NCBI GenBank assembly: GCA_963924565.1
Contig: OZ004615.1
Coordinates: 20,274,001-20,338,000 of the forward strand
DNA length: 64,000 nt
Direction: 5' to 3'
Source of the DNA: Ascidiella aspersa
Taxonomy: Eukaryota
Shown here: in pieces, positions 11,301 to 26,300 of the stretch
How the letters are laid out: every line of letters begins with the position of its first letter
Numbering within the stretch: the stretch's first letter is position 1
The notes under the pieces: generated by a model
What the model saw: the letters and a program-made list of their open reading frames with translations, nothing else
The model's database searches: none
Told to the model about the DNA's origin: nothing
Position numbers and translations under genes: made by a program

Positions 11301-14300
11301 TTTTTTGTCGTGTTTTTGCAAAGCGGAGAAACTGAAAGCGATTGACGACGATATGAAGTCAAGCTACAGGAGAAAGTATCGAGACCCCAACATCACTGTG
11401 AGCACGCTTGCGTCTGCGATACGCCGGGCAGAAGAGGACGCAGACCGTCGGACAAGGATTGCTTTTGAAGAGTGGAAAGCAACCGAGCTGGCCAAGCTCC
11501 GAATAGAGGAAACAAGAAGCTCCAAGCAAAAAGTAAGCTTTGTTTTGTTCCAATGTTAGAAGGGGGCTAATAATAATAGGTGGTACGCTACAAGTGAACG
11601 TTACTTCATGGAGTTGTTTTGGGTTTAAACACATAAAGATTAAACACTTGAAAGTGTGTTACAAAGGATTGTGTTTTTATTTGGGATGAAAAACACACAG
11701 CTGAAAATAGCAAAAGTATTGACTATTTTGGGGATTTCACCATATTTGACACCAGGATAGACTTACAATGCGCGGTAAACACTGAATGTTTTTATTTACT
11801 AACTGTTTATTTAGACTGTCTAATGGGTAGATTATTCAATTCGTCATTTTAAAATCAGTTTTTATAACACAACTCTTTTGCTTAGGTTGAGACACGAATC
11901 CGGGCATTGGAAAAAGAATATGATAGTAGAAAAATGGAACTTGCAAATCGGGAGAAGTCTGCTGTGGACAGATTGAGCACACATCGTCAGGTACTTACAT
12001 TCACTAAATGTTTTAGCTAAACTTGAATTTAGGCATCGACTGTTACAAAAGACTAACCTAACATAGCAAGTTAATGCTGCTGAACCATTTTGATTAAAGT
12101 GTATGACTAGTTATGATATTATGACTAACTATATCTAAAACTTTATGTAGTACACTACAAAACACTGCCGGTGAAAAACGAATCTATTTTTAACACATGT
12201 AGTCCTCATTGTAAAACGCTAATTGATTGATAAATAAAACAAGTATTTTAATCTGGATTCTTTATATTTGTTTTGTTTACCACTTGTAGCAATTGGAAAA
12301 AGAACTGCATGAGCAAAGACAGTCCTTACTTCGCGAACTGGAACAGATAAGACTGAGGGAAGATTCACTGCAACAAAAGGAAAGATTTCTAGATGAAATG
12401 GTGAACAATGAAATTTTAATCAACGTTTGATTTTCCTTTTTTTAGAGACATTTGTTTGGTGAATGTAGGTTTAACATAGGTAAATAAATGCCACCCTTTC
12501 ATACAGTATAACAGTAACAACAATCCTGAATGCTATAATTTCATAGCAAACATACTTTGTGATGAAACGTGACAAATATGGCCCTTTATTCCAAACACTG
12601 ACTTTCATAGCGATGAATTTAACAGGAAAACATAATTTAATTATAAAGGTAGCACATTATAAGACACGGGATAATATTATGTTTTATTTTCTTAACTTTA
12701 AAGGGCGGAAAACCCATCCAGGGGTTTATTGACCACAGTTTCAACAAAGATGCACTAAGTGGCGTGTATACGTCTTCAATTACGATGAAATTTTATAAAC
12801 GTTGAAAAGATGAGACGGCGATAATGTGAATATAACCACATGGTTGGAACTGAATTAAAATTTACTGTATCCGGCAGGACGAAATAATACAGCCGAAAAA
12901 TATCAGCACTTTGTTTGTGAAGTTTCGTCTTACATAGTTTCTTTCGCCACAAATTTAACTTGCTTTTTTATGTCAGTGTGTTTGCAAAGTTCTCGTATGG
13001 CCGACCTCGATTGCTTATCGCAATACTGAAGGCTTAGGATTTTTTTAACCGTGTGCCAGTAGGTTTGATAACACCAACTCACTTTGGCTTTTAAAAGGTT
13101 ACTCGCCAAACGGGCTAATGCGGTGTTTCTCAACATATGAGCCGCGACCACAAATTGGACTTTTAATATTTAAGTTCGAATTTATTAATCTCCTGCGTTA
13201 TTTGCGCTTAATTCACTCTTAAGTGTGTAAAAAAGGTTCGAAGATAAAATTAGATCGCCAAAGCCCAAAGCATTGCTGTTTAACTTGTACTATTTGGGTC
13301 AAAAAATGTGGAAACACTGGGCTAGTGGCTCTCAATAAACACTCGATCGAGGCGTACTCTGACCTTTTCACTACTTTTTATTTTATTACCAGGAAAACGT
13401 CAAAATGAGGGAAATCGAAATGATGAAAATCCAACACGAGTTTGCAAGTTCAAAGGTCGAAAGGCACCCGGTTTTGGAGCGAAAGCCGTCCGCTGTATCG
13501 ACACTTGCAGATTCCCTTCGCCATTCGCAAGACGGAAAGCAAGGTTTGGAAGAACCGTTGGGAATCCTTCTTAGCAAAATAAGTTTTTCTATATAGTGAT
13601 CTAATATATCTTGATAAAAAGCTGATACGCGATGCAAACCTGTAGTATCGGTACGATTTTAGTGCTATCTGTCCCAATAGGATACCATTTTAGGAAACAT
13701 TTCAGTCACAAATTGTGATCACATGTAGTCAATCTACTTTAAAAGGTGAATTTATATGAAAAATGTGTTAGCACCGGAAGCTATAGCTAAACTTTTTAAC
13801 AGAAGCATAAGTTGGCCAAAAGATTCCCTGGAAAAAATTACCTTTAATAAACCTTGGAATTTTTTGGTTTCGTTATGGGCTTAAAATCGTGTATATGACG
13901 TCCCTATTTAATTTTTCTCCACCTTATGCGGAGTTTGTAAATTGTAGCTCTTTCGTATTTAATATACTTTTTCATGTGACACATTTACCAAACAAATTTA
14001 CAATATTACTTAAACAATGGATTAATTTACGTTGTTGCTTATTGCAGTTATCACGAGCAAGGAGATGACAGAGATTGTCCAAGAAGTGCAAAGCAAAGCG
14101 ATCGAGGCGGAACAGCTCAAAGCACAACTGGCAAGCTTACAAGTACGCTTTAAATCAGTGGTGGACAACCTACCCTCCGCCCCCTATTTTGCAAACCGGG
14201 CACAAGGCCATTCCTTATATTTTGTGGCCATTTCAACTACGTAAAAGCATTTTTTTGCGCGCGTTTTGTTCCCGCACCAAGTGTAACATGTAGTTAACCC

Positions 14301-17300
14301 CCTTTAAATTGCGATATTTTCTAGTTTTATCCCTGATTAACAGTCGTTGCAGTTGTTATAATAAGATCCGTAAAGTCTACAAGTTAAAATTTAACGACCC
14401 GTCAAAACCTCTCTGAGTTTGGTTTTGGCCCGCGACTAGAAAAAAGGCTTCCCGCATCTTCTCTAAATCTTAAGTTTTTGTTTTGTTAAATTTTCTAAGT
14501 TTTCCGTTTTCTGTGCACAGAAGGAACTGTCGACTAAACGCGCACAAGATGAAGCCTCGCTAACGGCCGAGAATAAATCTTTGAGGAACCATCTGTCACA
14601 ACTTGAAAAGTAAGTTTCTTTCCACAATAGTGTTAAGTGTGCCTAAAATACTCGTCCCCTTTTCAATAGAATGCGTTGTTTAGGGAAATTCAAGATGTGA
14701 AACTGTCGCAGAAGTCAGCTGCAAGTGATACCCAAGCAGGTGCAGAAGCAAAGGATTATGTAAGTCAACAATATTTTTAATCGACTTTGTTTATTACTTT
14801 TGCAAAAAAGGCACTACCATTTGCACAGTTTTAGTTGATAACAGTGCACAATATACGAGATTTCTTCACTAGAAAACCAAAAACGACAATTAATTGGTAA
14901 TCCCGAAAATGAATTACCGACCAGACCACATACTTTTTTCGCTTTATTATCGCCCGTTTTGTTGTCTAATCGCTGCTAAACGCAATAGTTTTGTCACGAC
15001 TCACAAGGCCGGAGCAGGTGGCCGATTTTTGGACGAGGAAAAATATATTTCGCTTTGGTTGTGTTTTTAGTATTCTTTTAATAATCATTAACTTCTGTTT
15101 TGTTGTTATTATTCATTAACTTCTGACAGGGCCTACAGTAACAGCAATTTATTGCAAAACCGTTCCAAACAACGGCCATTTAAAACAGCTCTGTAAACTG
15201 GAATGCATTACCAAAACTACCCAGCTAAACCAAGTTTAACAACCCATGGGCCCTGACCCAAGATCACCCAGGATTAGATTCGCAATCAAACCACGAATCT
15301 TTGCAAAATGCGACGTAAAATTGAAGAATAAGAAAGCAAGTTATTCTCGAAAAACAAACAAAGCCCTCATACAATGGTATAGTGGCAATATTTTTTGTTG
15401 TGCTTTTAGCAGGGTCAGACGAACGGCTCTTATCGCCGGCAACAAAGTCAGCGTCAATTCGAGTTGGAAAAGATGGTGCAGGAAATGCATGTGGCCTTAC
15501 GGGAAAGTAATCAAGGTGGGCTCATTCTCTCGTTGATTCATGTTTTTTTTATACCAGTCCCGGGGTTTTTAGGATTTAGGCGTATAATCAAAACTTATTT
15601 CAATATTTTTTTAACCCAAAGGCCCAACATCGGCCATAGTATTTAAAACACTATGTTTTTGTTTATCTATACTTGAATATTTAATGTTTTTGAAAATTTA
15701 GAAAAGCTATTAAACTCTTGCATATATTGATAACATTTCTTTGAAAGTTCCTAAATATAATATTGTTTGTTTACTCAATGTTGGTTTCTTATTGTAGGAA
15801 GACTGTAAAACAAATAAAAAGTAGCCTACAAAAAAAACAATATTCCACTCAAACGCAATTCTAGTTTGGTAATTTTTTTTACGACTTTGAACAAATTCTA
15901 ACTCGTGACCTGACCTAAACAGATATATAAAACATTACTAAAAATGTTATTAAATAATTTATTTAGCTCGGTTTCGTAGTACGACGTCATGAAGGTCCAA
16001 AACCCCAATACACAAAAAGACAAAAAAATCAGAAAATAGACTTTCGGACAAATGACTTTACTTGGACTTAAAGGATTTGGTCAGATATCTTGGAAGTGCA
16101 TTTTTTTTTAAGTTTCTCACATTAAAGCAGGGGTTCTTAAACTGGGGTCCATGAACCCCTTGGGGGTCCATGAAGGCCAAATTGAAATGTTATTGTACGT
16201 TTAAAAAGTAATCAAATTAAAAAAGAGTTTAATTAAAAATGAAACGTTTTACCACTGAATGTTAGACTCCATTTTACTTAAACCATCAGCATATTTCTGA
16301 CAGGCTATTTGATTGTGACGTCAATTTATGACGTCATTTTCAATAATTTCTTGCCTACAGGGTTCACGTGAAGCAAAATATAATTTTAGGGGTCCGCGGT
16401 GAAAAAAGTTTAAGAACCCCTGCATTAAACCATTTGTGATTGCTCTGATTTGCGTTTGTGTTACTTTTTTTAGTTGAATTGTTGCTCATACTCGGGCGAG
16501 TTTACCAATTGTAATAGTTAAACAGTTTACTTTTATGTCAATGACATGACTTGAAATTGCCTTGTTCTCGTAATGACTGGACTGGGACTTGACTTGGACA
16601 ACCGATGACTTGCACTGGGACTTGACTTGTTATTTTTGACTTGACCGAGACTTAAGTAATTTCCAAATGACTTGTTTACAAAACTGTAACATTGCGTAAA
16701 CTTCCTTTTTATAATCCTAATCCGATTCCAACACGCTTTTAAGCCCTGCTGAAAGCAACTGCTTCTTCCTCCCAACGAGATCTTCCACCTGCCGTGTCCT
16801 ACCCGACTCTGGACGTGAAGTCTCTCAGGAAGAGCTACTTCGCTCCGGATGTTCACTTCAAGGAGCCCCTCCTCTCGGATCGTGACATCCGTGAATACGA
16901 GCCTCTCGATCCAACTCCACTTCTTCCTCCTAAAACGGCGCTCGGAGATTCTTCCTCCACTTCTCTCCGATTCGACATCTCTGAAAGGTGAGCCTTTTTG
17001 TATGTTTGACAGCTAGATGTGCCATCGTCTATAGCTGTGTATGAACAAGTCACTTTAACTCAAGTAATTTTCGAAACAACTGGAGTTACATAAAAGAACG
17101 TTTTAAATCAGGGCTTTCCAACCCCCTATGTTACTTCTGAAGACAAAGCAGTGCAGTGTCTTGTATATTCAATATGACTCTTTCCACAACTAAACCAGCA
17201 ATCAAAACATTGTCAAAGTAAAAACAAGCAAAAACATACTATCATGTTTATTGTGTGTTGTAACTATTGGTTACTGTATAAACTAGTTTTTTAATTAAAA

Positions 17301-20300
17301 TGACGTTTCTTATTTTTTCAAAAGATTGAAAAAAATAGTAGGGGGGCCATTGATTTCTCAAAATTTCCAAAGGGGGCCACGGTGTAAAAAAAGTTTGGGG
17401 ACCCCTGTTTTAAATAGAGCAAGTCCCAGTTACGCCTTTTTTTAGTAAATCTAAGTTATTGAAATAACAGACCAAAATTAATTGAAGTAAGCGGTTTGTG
17501 TCCGAAAAAAATGTTTCAGGAATTCCACGAATTTTTTTTAGTGAACGTAGGTCTTGACTTTAACCGTCAAAATGATTTTTATTTTGAAAAATGTTTAGCA
17601 CTACCTTATAACTAAACTTGACGTGCAACAACAATAAAACCTTTGTAGGCAATTAAAAAAATAACAAGTAGAAAATATATCGAAGTTTAAGGCAAGACTT
17701 ACATATGAACGCTGTAGCATCGTGTTTGCGATATGGTACAATAAAACAAATTCACGGTAAACAACAGACCAAATTCACATGCGCTAAATTTTGACTTTCA
17801 GCTACCCACATGTGACGATTTATATGTAATTCATTTGTAGCTACGTTATTCGTGCAATGTCTAACGATGGTTTTAACGCGGCCATTCTTTTTTCAGGCTG
17901 AAACGCCTCGACGAAGAATCTGAAATGGTCTCGCAAGAATACGACAAATACTTGCGGAAAAATTATCGCGAAGCGGTGTCGCCCAGAAACCAACCACAAA
18001 CTTCGAAAGGTAATCGATCGTAGATTTCGCGATATCGTCCACCGTTCTGACCAGGTCTGCGGAATCGGACTGGGGACTCGAATCTCGACGTAGTCAGTTT
18101 GTTTTTCTGGAGTCGTACTCGGGATTGGAGACTATTGTACAGGGGTTCTTAAACTGGGGTCCATGTTCCCCTTGGGGTACGTGAACTAGTTTTAAGGGAT
18201 CCATGAAGGCCTAATTAAACTATTAGTGTATATTTAAGCAATCAATTTTTCAAAGAAAAAATTAGGCTATAGTTAAAAATAAAGCATTTTGGCACTGCAT
18301 TTTTGTAGACTTCATTTCATTTTACATTTTTTGGACAGGAAACAGCAAATTTGTGAAGTCTGTTTGTATTATGGCGTAAACTTATGACGTAATCTCTAAG
18401 CATGTCCTGCCTACCCTGTTCCATGCGAAGCAAACATTTTTTTAGGAGTCCGCGGTAAAAAAAGTTTAAGAAACCCTGCTTAAGTAAGACGACGTAAAAC
18501 TACCCGAGTCCCGAGTCCGACGTGCGCATGCGCATTACCAAATTTCAAAACTGTCAAGACCCAAACTGTAAATTGTAAAAGTGTGATAGCAAATGGTGCA
18601 ATGTTTTCCAACCATGTAATGCGGGTGGATGAAATATAAGACACCAACAATCCCGTGTACGTGCCGTTCGCTAAAAATCTTATTTTAGATACGTAAATGG
18701 GTTAAATACAGGATCCGCAGCCCTGGTCCTGACAACCTTGATAGTAATCTGTAATATAACATGCGAAAACGAAATCAGGAAAAAAATTTTCACATCCGAT
18801 GTATTTCAATAGCCGGATTTACAAGTTTTCGCAGCACTTATCAGGACTCAACGGGTGCCTAACCAAGTGGGCATTGCACGACAGAGGCCACGTTTTTTTT
18901 AGGTTGATTGTACCATATATTTTTTCTTTATATCAGTTGTTTTGAACCCATGTGCCACGGCTTACTAGGGTGTTAATTGACATTTTCCGATTGGTTGGGA
19001 TTTTAACTTTTCTTCTATCTTTTCTGTAGGTTGCCGTAATCCAAAACGTTTGCCAACCATCGAATTGCATTCAAAACTTTTATTAATTTGTGTATTTTTG
19101 CGTTTTTGTTTTCAGAAGTGATTGACCCTGAGCCACCCGAGTTCCTATCCAAGTCTCCGGAGCGCGATTTGTTTCCGGTTAAGAAAACCTACTTTTCAGA
19201 CATGGCTCCAGGTCTGTATAGTAAGGCTCAAAATGGCTGCGTTGTAAAGGAAACTTTGAGAATCGATTAAGTCGATATTTTGCCGACAAATCAAATCCAC
19301 CCAATTCGAAAAACGGTGAAGCCATGTTGCATTTTAAAGACATTGTTAATTCGAATCTTTAACACATTTGAGTGGCGTTTCCAGTGGGGGGATTTCGGTG
19401 GTCCGGCACCTATTTTTGAAAGTGCTATTGTCGTTTTTGATTTTAATGTTTTAACGTCACTAATCACTAACGTCAGACGGAAAATAGGGCAAATCCGTTA
19501 GTTGAAAATTCCATAGTCCGCCCTTTTTGAATTTCTGTTTACGGCCCCGACATAAACGAAATCAACTTTGTTTGTCAAATTAGGTGCTTCGAATAACGTT
19601 TAAATACTGTATGTGTAAATCTAGCCTTTCCTCGAACAGTAAGTCAATTAAAAACGATATTAGCACCGCACTAAATTATGGCTTTATTTTATACAAGTGA
19701 GTTTTTACAGTGTTTTTTTTTGGATTATTGAAATTTCTCTTTTAGCTTAAAAGGGCACCGTTATTTTCTCCGTTTTATTTTATTTTTTACACTTCGTGCT
19801 AAAAATAGGCCGAGCTGCAATAATCAACTGAAGCAATGCTTTTATTTTATTTCAACAGCCTTTCTGAGGGACTCACCAACGTTGACAAATAAACGCGATA
19901 CACCTGGCGCGAAAAACGAGCCAATGCACAAACAAACTCCAGAACGAAAAACAGCTTCGCAGCCAAGCAAGCGAACAAAATCTCCCAGCTTACCGCTTGC
20001 TACGGAAGCCCAGAGAGGCTCGTATAAGGAACCAGACATCGACCGTCAAACTTTGGAGCGTGAAAAAGCGGAACTTCCTGCTAGGTTGCCAGCTCTCGTG
20101 GTTTCGAAAGAGGTCGTACCACAGGAACGGCAAGAACTTTCAGGTACTACACATTTTCATTGCTATCGGACCAAGAGTTTTTGCGTTTTTTAACTGCGGT
20201 TCTCACAACGTGGTTGCGAAGCGTTCCAAATCAGAAAAATCAAGTCCTAATTTGCGCGTCAATGCGCAAATATACATTAATTATGCATTTACGCAATATT

Positions 20301-23300
20301 TTATGTTTTTTTTACAGCTTCGGCGAGATCTGAAAACAGCGAAGTCGAAAGTCGAAACTCCAGTGTTTCCTGGGACGAGGGATCGGGCAAGGGTGCGGTA
20401 TTTTTTTCTGTTTTTTCTTTTTACATGACTGACGCCGCATTGTACTGATTGCACTTGATCGATCCTTTTGATTGCAAAATCATATTTTTAAGTAAATCAT
20501 ATTTTATTAAACTAGTCTTTAAGTGTTAGTGTTACATTAACTATACTGTTGTCATAGTCTCCTTGCTTGGTGTACAATACATGTTTAGTCTGTTTATTTT
20601 TAAGATTTTTCTAATACACGGTTCATTGTTATTATACTCATTTGTATTTTTTATTATGTAGAAATGAGGTAAATTCCTCCTGTTTTCGGGGTGGCCGAAT
20701 CCCTTACAAAAGTTCTGTTTAGCGTATTTTATTATTTCGTTTCTGAACCTTCTTAGCTTTGGCTTACATTTTCCAAATGTCTTTTTTATTAATGTGATTA
20801 TTACCCAACTAAACCTATTTTATGTTTTGTTGTAGCATCGGAAAAATCCGAAACAAGCCCAACCGAAAGTAAGGCTTCAAGTGTTTCGTGGGAAGAGCAA
20901 TCCAACAAGGGTATGTTTTCTATGACTGCTTTCATTGTTACATTAAGGTTTAGAATAGACGACCGTCAGTAGATCGACCTCGCAATAACGATTCATTTAA
21001 AACAGCGACTACCGCAACAACGACATCACTATACTTTTCCTATTGTTCACCTAACAATTTTAGACAAAATCCTTTATCCCATTACGAAAACTGGCCAGGC
21101 GAACGCACACAAAACACCCCTCACCCTAACCCTTGCGAGCATATCTTATTCTTACCGGCCAGTAAAGTCGCTATCGTAAAAGTCACTGTTTTAATGCTGT
21201 CGCCATTTATACAGTCGCTGTTTTAAATCGTCGTTCTAACAGTCGCTATCCGGCCCGGATACCGGTCTATGCCTGTTCACGTAATATCCCGATCGCTTTC
21301 AGTCGCAACTTCGAAAGACGACCCACCTTCGGCAACCAGCTCCGACAAAACGATTCCACCACAAGCGAAGGCGGAATCACGCAACGAGAAAGTAACTGTG
21401 TCCAGTCTGTCGACTTCAACTGCAGACGACCCGCTTAGTCTTCTCTCCGATGGATTAGGTGAGACGACTTGATTAAAGTGTAGGTGGATTTCGGATTTTG
21501 TTGTGATAGGATTTGGTTAGGTTGTAGTCTAACACGAAAATTAAAGAAAACAGAGATTACCGAAACGGTTAAAATTATGGCGGGCAATGTCTGAATTTTT
21601 AAAGTGTGTTTTGTAAACCGCTGTACATAAAAAGGCAATGGGTCTAAAACCAAGCTTTGAGTGAATTTTGTTTTTTCAGTACGCTAATTCCGCTTTTGAA
21701 ACCAAATCAGCACAAAAACGCCCCGTGTATTTGACAGTCTAGCTCTAAATTAAACTTCATGCCAATTAAAAAATGCCAACTTGCAGTGTTACATATTTCA
21801 TGTTGCTTCTTGGTTACGGCTACAAATTTGTTTAGCTGAGGATAAAGTTTTGTATTATCTGTATTGCAAAACTAATACATGTACACGCAAACCACCAAAG
21901 CCTTAATAAAGAAAGTCCGAGTCATTTGCTTAGAAAACTCGAGTCAAGGCATTTTACCGAATCGACTTGAAAGTTTATTTAAAAACAGTGACTTAAGTGT
22001 AGTAAAATCCAACCATTGACTTAATTCTCAATTCTTTACAACACTGCAAATAGTAGTGTAGGTGAGCACGTGAGACTTGTCTGCACATTGCATATTGAAT
22101 AACTAAAAGAAAAGCGTGGCACGATTCTTTGATTTTCTTGGTATGCCATAAGCTGACAAAGCTCAAGAACCACTGGCTTAGACCAGGGATGGTGAACCTT
22201 TTTATCGCGCGGGTCACAAACACGACTTTAATCCTTACAAAATACACAAGTGGGTCATATATTTAATTATATGCTAATTTTAGGGAAAATTTTGCTGATG
22301 CGTCGTTTTAAGTGTTATTGTCTGGGTTGGTAATTAAAGGTTTTTGGGCAATTTCCAAATTCGGATTCCCACGAATATCAAGAACCTAAATAGTCAACAA
22401 ATGCTGTAGCATTTTTATGGGATTACAGGAGTTCAGCAGAAAGGTTTTCAGCATGATAACGGGGTATGCACAATTTTTAGTCTGCAGGTTCTTAATTTCC
22501 CGCCACCCTTCACATTTTACAGAATTAGTCGACAAACTTTTTTTTTTGTTGCGGCCCAAAGTACTCTTTTTAAAATTATTAAATGCCAACCTCGTAAAAA
22601 CTACGAAAACAGTGGCGGGTTTAGGATATTTGGTTTTAAGGTGAAATATTTCACGGCGCCTTGATGCCCAAAACATTGCCATAATGTAAAACATAATATA
22701 AAAAAAGAATATATGCGCATTGAATGTACGGCTATCACGCGGCCCACAACTACATGATAAAACTAAGCTATTCAAAAGTAACTCGCGGCCCATGAAAAAT
22801 GGATCTGCGACCCACGGTTTGCCGATCACTGTTTAACAGCGATAAACAAAATGCTTTTAGTTGTCCGTCTTTCTGCACGCATTTGTTGAAGTGCAGTTAA
22901 TGTAGGCCTATACTCGTCACCACTAAAACACTTTTGCACGACCCACAGATTGGGCAGCCCTGATTTAAACTGTATAGTGTTATTTTTTTCAAAACAGTAC
23001 AACACCCAAAGCGCATAATTCCCCAAACTATAGCCATCGACTTCCAAGTGTAAAACATTTCTCTAATCGCGTCACTTTGGATTAACACAGGCCCCGATGA
23101 CCAGTTGTCGGCCGACAAGGAAATGCTTTCGGACGAGAAAGTCGACGCCGATTACGTGGAGAGCGTCCCCCAGCAAAGAACCCCTCTATCGCACTACCCC
23201 TTCCTACAGACCCAATCGCCCCAGCGGGAAGTCACCGCTGATCTCAAGCCTATTGTATCTAATGATGTCCCTGTGGAGGACCCAAGAGACGTGGAAGAAT

Positions 23301-26300
23301 CTAGCTCTGAAAAGGAAGAGACCATCGATAAAGATTCGCTGCGACTCTCGATGGAAGACTTTGAAGTCGAGTCCGGAGGTTCGTCGCCGAAATCGAAGTC
23401 TTCCGAGGAGCCGCACATCGACACTGTGAGGAGACTCTCTCCTCTTCAAGACAAGGAAACCTCCGAAAGATCTCCGGAGAAGAAGAAGACGAGTCTTCCT
23501 CATATAGCAGCGCAGAGGAAGTTACCGTCGCTGCCTCCGATCTCTGGCGCCCAGATTCCAGGCTCTTCCTCATTTTCTCAACCGACGCCATTTAGAAGAG
23601 CGAATCCTCCAAAAGATGCAGAATTCGGTGGACGTAGTGTTTTCACGGCAAGCGTCGGAAGCTCCTCCTCCGATTCTTTGGAGGTGGAGGAGGCGATCGA
23701 GTCTGCATCGGATGCGAGCAAAAGTGAGTCCCGGGACGCCTCGGATCCTGTATTCTCGCTGCAAAAAGTCCCGGCGGATTTGAGCGGTGGTATGGATCCC
23801 AAAAAAGAAAATTCATACGAAGACAGTTTCGAGGAGGATGAAAAATCGTCTGCGGACGAAAGGTGAGGATAGAATTTAAACTTTCGATCTAATTTACAGT
23901 TTAAACAAAAAGATGTTTTATTGCGAAATTCTGGATTAATGTAGGTTTTATGCTAATCGGTGTTTTATTTACCAGTGCAAAGAAACTTGAAGAATCACTT
24001 TCTGAATTCTCATCGGTGTCCATTGATCTGCCCTCGGGAAAATCTTCACAGCGCTCCATTCCACCAATACGACAGGTTATAAGCAAGGCCCTGTTGTATA
24101 ATTTAATTTAAGTTAAAATGACCAGCCAAAATTTAACACGTGAAACACCTTTAAAATATTTCCTAAGTTCAATTGAGATGTTTTTTTATTTAGGTTTCGT
24201 GTTTTCACACCTTATCCTTATTTGGTCAGGACAGGCTAATAAATAGGCAAATTACGTTGCTGATTTAAACTGTACATTGTGTTGGAGAGCAATAGTAACT
24301 ATGTTTTTTAACTAATAATAGTAAACCGGATGCCTTCGGCACGCCTTTCTGAAATCAGTTAATTTATTCAGCCGCGGTGAACAAAGGTTAAAAAAAGCAA
24401 GCCTGTAGTTAGGTTTGAATCCACGATCTCGGCCGAACCGAGCACGTCGCTTTATCGACTGAAATGTTTGAGAGGCGGCCATAGCGCCGTCTCCTGCTAC
24501 ATCTTGTTTGTGCATACAACCTAATTTAAAGGAAATTTTTACCTGGTGTAGGGAACGTGCCATCAGGCAGATGGCTAATTTGAAAAAGAAAATATTATTT
24601 GTTGTGTAAGTAACGTTTTATGTACAACAGCGATCCTACACATTTTTAAAGTACCTTATAGCGAAATGTTACTTTTTATCAATTACCGTATTAGGTTTGT
24701 AAAGGGAATCTAACAAAGTTGCCCTTTACTGCTGGATGAGGCAAGAAATGGTGCTATGGTTGTTTCTCGACTCGCTCCCTTCTGAGCCTGCGTAGCTCAG
24801 TTGGTAGAGCGAAGGTCCCGCTAGGACCGGAGGTCGTGAGTTCGAACCTCGCCGCAGGCTAGTTGTTTTTCTTGCTTGCACTACAATCGTGATCAGGCTG
24901 ACTGACTTCGGTAGGCCTCTCCGAAGGCATCTTTTGCATAGGCGCTGAACGTGTGTGTCCAGAGCGTTTTTAGACGCCCTGGATTTCTCGTATGTCGTCA
25001 AAATGCCCTAGAATTCAAAGTTTTCAATTTTTCAATAAATGTGCAAATTAATTTCTTTAGAAGAGTCTTAGTTAACCAAAAGTGTTTAAAATTTTCCTGA
25101 ATTACCACAAACAGACACGAGGCCATAGAATCCTCGAAACTATGTTTTTTAAGTTTTATGCAATTTTTTTTTAAATTGTTGTTACGACTTGCCCATTTCA
25201 ATAAAAACTTTGCACTGTCTAGAAAATAACGCCCTGGAATTTCGAAAGTTCAGCGCCTATGATCTTGTGTTCTATATATGGGCGCCGTTATCGTTGTCCA
25301 GTACGACTCCATAAGTGCTTGTTCACAGAATACACATTGTGTACAACTGTATCTGTATGTTTCAGTTGTTTTACCAGCCAATTGTGATACTCCTAATATA
25401 TCGGAATTCTTGTATCGCCTAAACAAGTCCACACTGAAATATTTTCAGAAACGGCAAATACCCCAGCTGACGTCATTCGATGATGACGCAATTAACGCCG
25501 CGCTCAAGTGGGGAGAAGACAACCAGCTGAAGCTGTCGGAAGACGAAAGCCACGATTACGCTCCACCTCCTCAAAGTAGTCCTCCCAAAACAGATCCTGG
25601 AAACAAGGAAGAAGATTGGAGAGAGGACGGGAGCAAGATGAAGGATCAGAATGTAGAAGAGATTCAGGAGGACGTGGATGTGTTCGAAGCCTCTGCATCT
25701 CAGATCTCCTTCGAGTCGGAAACAAGCAGGTAATTATGCGACTGTGAAGCGTTTGTTTTAATTTTGGCCAAACTTAGTACCACGCATCTTGCATTCCGAC
25801 AACTTGTTAGGGTTCGACACAATGTGCGTGCACCATGTGCTGTTATACTTTGCAGCGCCACTAGTAGGATTCTTGTGCAGACTAATATTGTTTCGGTCGT
25901 CTTGTGTAAGTATTGCAACTCTTGGCATTTAAAATCATAATTTTCGAAAACGGGACAAACCACTATACTTATTGTTAACCTAGTATTTAGGTATTTTTAG
26001 TAAGGCAATGCAGAAAATTGTCGTTACTGTTATTCTTTTGTTATGATAATATTAACTACGAGAATCCTGTTTGATCGAGGCACATATTTGCATTACGCCT
26101 TTAATCGCGCAAGTATCCAGTTTCAGACTTTGTTTTCTTGCCACTTTAAGATCTCAGGGGTAAAAATAGTTTCCGTGATGTCCGGGTTTTATTATAGATA
26201 GTTTCCGTAAAGGTGGGAAATAAAAGGCGACTGAGGCTTTGTGAAAAATGCCTGACGTATTTCGAGGTTCGCTACAACAAATTTACATCTCTATCTTGAA

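Noticed and set aside
24786-24860. Functional tRNA gene
   Set aside because: The anticodon arm is irregular and several diverged copies share non-tRNA flanks, so it is better explained as a tRNA-derived repeat. tRNAscan-SE would settle it.
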